A stretch of DNA of 63,447 bases, the filler included, from Anaerolineae bacterium (GTDB lineage: Bacteria; Chloroflexota; Anaerolineae; B4-G1; DUEL01): NCBI GenBank assembly GCA_041082215.1. It is 10 parts of 10 records of this genome, joined end to end, with 100 filler letters (N's around TTAATTAATTAA, not from the genome) between each part and the next. Parts side by side here need not be neighbours in the genome. Positions count along the whole stretch, not along the records: positions 53,812 to 59,144 come from JBDOIF010000090.1; positions 59,245 to 60,971 come from JBDOIF010000108.1; positions 61,072 to 62,303 come from JBDOIF010000086.1; positions 62,404 to 63,447 come from JBDOIF010000151.1; 6 more parts are not named here. One strand, given 5' to 3'. Positions 59,030 to 63,447 of this stretch are shown here, one piece after another; the stretch's first letter is position 1, and each line of letters opens with the position of its first letter. Below the pieces are notes generated by a model. That model did not search any database, was not told where the DNA came from, and saw nothing but the letters and a program-made list of their open reading frames with translations. The position numbers were made by a program, and so were the translations under genes.

Positions 59030-59144
59030 CTGAGGTTCGGACGCGGGTTCGGACACAGGCACTCATCGGCTGCTTCTGACCTCACCCCATTCCCCTCACC
59101 CTACCCCCAGGCCCCCACCCCACACCCCCGCGGCGGGCGAGGGG
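59030..59144. repeat. Terminus of the repeated element also seen at 24209-24299
   Basis: CTGAGGTTCGGAC....GTT.GGACAC ... CCTCACCCCA. Confidence 0.65.
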
Positions 59145-59244
59145 NNNNNNNNNNNNNNNNNNNNNNNNNNNNNNNNNNNNNNNNNNNNTTAATTAATTAA
59201 NNNNNNNNNNNNNNNNNNNNNNNNNNNNNNNNNNNNNNNNNNNN
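59145..59244. other. Artificial contig linker
   Basis: N44-TTAATTAATTAA-N44. Confidence 0.98.
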
Positions 59245-60294
59245 TCCCTCCCCCTTCTCCAGGCCGACCTGGACCCGCCAGTCGGCCCCCCGCCGCGCTT
59301 CGATCACCTTCTTTGCCCACTCCCAGGCGCTCCTTCCCCCCTTTCCCGGCCGAACTTGCTCCAGCAGACGGCTTCCCTCCGCCCACTCCCCCCTGCGGAT
59401 GGCCTCATACAAGGTAGACCCCATCTCCCCGCCCGCCTGATAACAGGACCGGGCCAGGTGGAAGCCGTCCAGCTGCCGAACCGCCCGGCCCAACAGCTCC
59501 GCCCCTTCATCGATCCACCTCGCCCCGTCCCCATTCATCACCACCAACCCTATCCGACTCCAGTCCCACACCCGCCCAAAGGCCACCGAAACCCCCTCCC
59601 AGAAGTCGATCCCCTCGTCCGCCTGAGCGTACACCCGCTTGCCCACCAGCCGGTGCCGATCCCCGGCCCCGGCCAACCGCTTCCACCCTTCGTATCCAAT
59701 CGCCGTCCGAATCTCCAAGTACCCCTCCCTCGCCCGCTGCAACCGCACGTATAGCCCGTCCGCCTCCACAAACAGCCACGGGACCACCCGCCCACCCGCC
59801 TCCGGCACCTCCCCCCGCTCAAAACAGGCTTCCACCTCCCCCCGCTCCCACTCCACCACCCTTTCCCCTACCCGCTGAACCGACCGCTGCACCGTCATCA
59901 CCGACACCACCCCCGCCGTCAGATGCTCCACTACCATCGCCGCCTCCCGAAACGAGCTCCTTGCCGCCACGGCCACCATCGCCTCCTGAAGGGAAGGAGT
60001 GGCAATCTGGCGGGGCTCCCACCCCAGGTACTCATCCAGCAGGAAGTGATACCTCCCCCCTCCATCCCGATACAGCCGCCGCCGGACGGTGACCTCCCCA
60101 AACCGACAGACCACCGTCCGCTCCCGAAACCCCACCACCTGCCAGTCCGGCGGAGCCTGCCCGTGCAGCCACGCCTCCAGGACCTCCAACCTCTCCCGCG
60201 CCTCCTGCCGCATCCGGGCGCAGCCCTCCCGGTACAACGCCTCCTCCCAGTCCTTCCCAATCAGCCCATCTTGAAGTACAATTGCCCCTGTCAT
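59245..60294 (-). CDS. ISLre2-family (UPF0236) transposase, 3'-truncated
   Basis: R.V...FGEV...RR.Y, LLDE.LG, SFR.A, LFVEADG, NGDGA.WI, LD.FHL. Confidence 0.9.
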
Positions 60295-60385
60295 CAGCCC
60301 GCTCCTCCCTGGATGGTCTGATCAACCAGAGGATACAGGACTGATGGCTATTTTGCAACTCCACCTACTAATCTGTTACAGACTC
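59245..60385 (-). mobile_element. ISLre2-family insertion sequence (left end present)
   Basis: UPF0236 transposase; terminus-like GAGTCTGTAACAGATTAGTAGG at 60385-60364 (minus strand). Confidence 0.8.
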
Positions 60386-60402
60386 TACCGCCGGACCGCA
60401 GC

Positions 60403-60430
60403 TTGACAACAGCAGCGAAGGGATTATAAT
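60403..60430 (+). promoter_or_regulatory. Consensus sigma70 promoter with no downstream sense CDS
   Basis: TTGACA-N16-TATAAT. Confidence 0.7.
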
Positions 60431-60436
60431 AATCCA

Positions 60437-60505
60437 TTGGTAGCAGGCCGCCGGCCTCAACGAAGAAGACAACGCAGCCAGGGCAGGCGGCCTGCTGCCT
60501 GTTTT
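60437..60505 (+). ncRNA. Candidate ~67-nt small RNA
   Basis: Starts at the predicted TSS; 14-bp stem GGTAGCAGGCCGCC/GGCGGCCTGCTGCC, 33-nt loop, then TGTTTT. Confidence 0.35.
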
Positions 60506-60562
60506 CAACCGGGGTGAAAAGCGATCACTCCCCAATGCCCGATGGACCTACCCCCGGGCCGT

Positions 60563-60775
60563 TCAATCGCCATCGCAGTCTCCCCTGACAGTCAAGCATC
60601 CCCACCCTACCGCCTCCAGCACCACCAGCGCCACGAAGAGCGGGTTGTTAGCCAGATACCGCCGCCAGAGGCGCCGGGGCTCAGTGCGCAGAAAGAAGAG
60701 CCATTCCAGGCCAGCGCGCTGAAGCCAGCGAGGGGCCTGCGGCTTGCGGCCGGTGAGGAAGTCAAAGGCCACGCC
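60563..60775 (-). pseudogene. C-terminal fragment of a WecB/TagA/CpsF glycosyltransferase
   Basis: GVAFDF..G...[19 protein letters not shown]; in-frame TGA immediately upstream, N-terminal two thirds missing. Confidence 0.8.
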
Positions 60776-60831
60776 ATATCTTCATCCCATCCCCCAAATC
60801 AAGCGAAGCGCTCTCCTTGTCTCCCCACCGC

Positions 60832-60971
60832 CTACAGTAGATCATATTGCAGTAGCAGATCCTCTACCCTGGCCAGGAACTTCAGCAGAGGCCTGGGCCC
60901 CAGGCCTTCAGGCAACAACTCATGCTTATCCGGAGCGCCGTAGGGGTGTAGATGCCATTCACTGCTCTCCC
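60832..60971 (-). CDS. C-terminus of a small protein (DUF6516/TumE-like, tentative)
   Basis: ...EWHLHPYGAPDKH...FLARVEDLLLQYDLL-stop; 5' part lost at the contig end. Confidence 0.4.
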
Positions 60972-61071
60972 NNNNNNNNNNNNNNNNNNNNNNNNNNNNN
61001 NNNNNNNNNNNNNNNTTAATTAATTAANNNNNNNNNNNNNNNNNNNNNNNNNNNNNNNNNNNNNNNNNNNN
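60972..61071. other. Artificial contig linker
   Basis: N44-TTAATTAATTAA-N44. Confidence 0.98.
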
Positions 61072-61194
61072 ATCGGAGATCCCAACATGCCATACATGGG
61101 AGGCGATGGGAGCTTGCAAAGGATTCTTCGCGGAGACCCGCGCTTCCAGGAACTGCTGCGGAAGATGAAACTAATCATACCCAACAACGAATAG
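61072..61194 (+). CDS. C-terminus of a TPR-type kinase/cyclase-like protein (fragment)
   Basis: DPNMPY......LRGDPRFQELLRKM C-terminal motif. Confidence 0.6.
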   Translation: MGDPNMPYMGGDGSLQRILRGDPRFQELLRKMKLIIPNNE

Positions 61195-61205
61195 GAACTT
61201 ACACC

Positions 61206-62303
61206 ATGAAATGCCCCCATTGCCAGGCCGAGAACAGGGACGACTCCAAGTACTGCAGCAACTGCGGGACATCGCTCGGAGTAAAGGTGGGAGCAGGGGC
61301 AGGGGTCGGACCTGAAGGTGCCACCGTGACCAGGACACTGGAAGCACCCATTCTCACTCCGGGCACCGTGCTTAAGGGTCGATATGAAATCCTGGGACTG
61401 CTCGGGGCCGGTGGAATGGGCGAAGTCTACCGAGCTGTTGATAGAAGTCTGGACCGCCAGGTGGCCATCAAGATCCTACCAGCCGCCTTCTCAGAAGATG
61501 TGGAGAGATTGGCCAGGTTTGAACGTGAAGCCAAGCTGCTGGCTGCCCTTAACCATCCCCACATCGCCGCCATCCATGGGCTCGAGGAAGCAGACGGCAG
61601 ACGATTCCTTGTACTCGAGCTGGTTGAAGGTCTATCGCTTCGGGCCAGGCTAATGAAAGGTCCTCTGCCGATCGAGGAGGCGCTCGAAACCTGCCGCCAG
61701 ATTGCTGAAGGCCTTGAGGCAGCCCACGAGAAGGGAATCGTCCACCGAGACCTGAAGCCGGGCAACATCATGCTTAGCAGCGATGGCAACACCAAGATCC
61801 TGGATTTTGGCCTGGCCAAGGTGTCGGGATCTGAGGCTCCCGTTGCCGAGGCCTACAAGTCGCCGACGATCACAGGCCGGATGACCGCGCCGGGCGTCGT
61901 TCTGGGAACTGCGGCTTACATGAGCCCGGAGCAGGCCCGCGGCCGGGCCATAGATAAGCGGACGGATATCTGGGCCTTCGGGTGTGTTCTCTATGAATGC
62001 TTAACGGGCAAGCGGGCCTTCCAGGGGGAAACGGTCTCAGACACCATGGCCCAGATCCTCAAGGGGGAACCGGACTGGGAGGCGCTTCCGGCTGGGACAC
62101 CGCCCTCCGTCAGGTCCCTTCTTGGCCGTTGCCTCGAGAAAGACCCGAAGGAGCGGCTTCACGACATCGCCGACGCCCGGATCGAGCTGAGCCTGGCCTT
62201 GCGATCGCCCGAGGATGTCATTGCCTCCCCGGCGATCTCCAGGCGTCGCCCGATGACATTACTAGCGGTTGGGGCTGCAGCTGTGATCATCGGCATCCTG
62301 ATC
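61206..62303 (+). CDS. Hanks-type Ser/Thr protein kinase with N-terminal zinc ribbon (3'-truncated)
   Basis: MKCPHC...CSNC; LGAGGMGEVY, VAIK, HRDLKPGN, DFGLAK, YMSPEQ, DIWAFG; TM at the break. Confidence 0.95.
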
Positions 62304-62403
62304 NNNNNNNNNNNNNNNNNNNNNNNNNNNNNNNNNNNNNNNNNNNNTTAATTAATTAANNNNNNNNNNNNNNNNNNNNNNNNNNNNNNNNNNNNNNNNN
62401 NNN
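62304..62403. other. Artificial contig linker
   Basis: N44-TTAATTAATTAA-N44. Confidence 0.98.
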
Positions 62404-63447
62404 AGCGAACAGGACACCTCCCAGGCATCCATCACCATTGCCCACGGCACCGTCGCCAAGTCAATCTACGCCGTGAACGGCAACACCTCGCTGCCCCCTC
62501 TGGTGCTCATCGCTCCCGGGGATCAGGTGACCTATCGTGTGCGCTACACCCTCCCCACGTCCGATTTCGAGGACCTCACGATCACCGATTTTTTGCCGCT
62601 GCCGATTTTCGACGCGACGCAGGTCACCACCTTCAGCAACAGCATTTGCGGCATTCCCCCAGCGGGCGCCTCGTGTCTCGGGCCTTCGGATACTTATCAC
62701 CTGGTGCCCGGGGCCGTGACGCCCTCCCTCACCACCAGCGCCGCGGCGAATGCGGTGGTCTGGACCTACGGCGATTTCGACTCGAGCTTCAACAGCGCCA
62801 GCACCATCGACCTCCTTTTCACGGTGACCGTCTCCAATCAGCCTTTTGCCGACGGGCTTTACCTCACCAACCAGGCCCTCGTCAACGAGGGAGGCACCAA
62901 CAGCTCGGGCAGTGACGCCTCCGGCGTCATCCAGGTCCAGCTCCAGGAGCCGCAGCTCCGGATCTCCAAAGGCGCGGTGTGGAGCAACAACCCCGATGCC
63001 CTTTTTATCCCAACCCCGGTCGGACCGGTGAATTTCAGCCCCGGATGCCCGGCGTTTGCCGGAACCATCACCAGTTCCGGGCTGCAGGCTAACCCCGTCA
63101 ACAGCTTCGTTGCCTACGTGGACGGGGCAGACCAGGTGATGATGGCCATCGTGGTGGAAAACGTGGGGCACTGGAGCGCCTTTGATGTGAGGATCCAGGA
63201 CACCCTGCCCCCGGGCGTCACGCTCGTCCCCGGATCGGTGTGCGTGACCGACGGGACCGGCGCGCCGATGAGCTTCACGGACCTGGGTGGGGGTCTGTTC
63301 GGTGCCGGCATCGAGCTGGACGACCCCGGACCCACACCCTCCCCCCCCGGAGCGCTTGACCCAGGAACCGACAGCAACGGCAACCCCATCGACGACGGCC
63401 GCAACATTGCGGTGATCACCTACATCGTCCAGCTGGACAGCACCGTC
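62404..63447 (+). CDS. Internal fragment of a large surface protein with isopeptide/DUF11-type Ig-like repeats
   Basis: Stop-free frame from 62404 (absent from the ORF track): KSIY...PGDQVTY...ITDFLP...LTNQA...EPQL.ISK...VENVG...IQDTLPPG. Confidence 0.85.

Noticed and set aside
59036..59056. LexA box (GAAC-N4-GTTC-like) upstream of ssb
   Set aside because: Imperfect (GTCC), outside the core promoter, and the same motif occurs at 24273-24299 as part of a repeat terminus.
60542..60943. 133-aa plus-strand ORF downstream of the 60403 promoter
   Set aside because: No RBS, and it is antisense to recognisable minus-strand gene fragments.

Overview
This is a GC-rich bacterial draft/MAG sequence made of 10 contigs joined by nine artificial 100-nt linkers (N44-TTAATTAATTAA-N44), so gene order across linkers means nothing. 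Gene content and protein style suggest Chloroflexota, probably Anaerolineae (inference). Most of it is housekeeping or metabolic: gyrA, tsaD, acyl-CoA ligase and dehydrogenase, cobO, an ABC transporter, plsC, the spc/alpha ribosomal cluster from rpsH to rpsI, archease-rtcB, deoC, lepB, degV and a threonine synthase. It also holds two partial IS elements, a two-copy ~192-bp MITE and many short palindromic (REP-like) repeats. No rRNA, tRNA or CRISPR array was seen. The standout is the minus-strand leader (about 55321-55571) of a YedE-family putative selenium transporter / TusA-family operon. It has a promoter, a strong RBS and a 35-codon leader ORF with an in-frame UGA at codon 10. A bacterial-SECIS-like hairpin starts exactly 11 nt after that UGA, and the leader forms mutually exclusive 1:2 / 2:3 / 3:4 helices ending in an intrinsic terminator. 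This looks like a selenocysteine-sensing leader-peptide transcription attenuator, a trp-type attenuator that would read Sec-tRNA availability. I am not aware of a described example. Other oddities are an L17 with a ~50-aa repeat insertion, a degenerate Mrr-like gene between archease and rtcB, a Vps62-like/PrsW fusion, a repeat embedded in a signal peptide, a candidate sRNA, and one contig that may be mis-binned.
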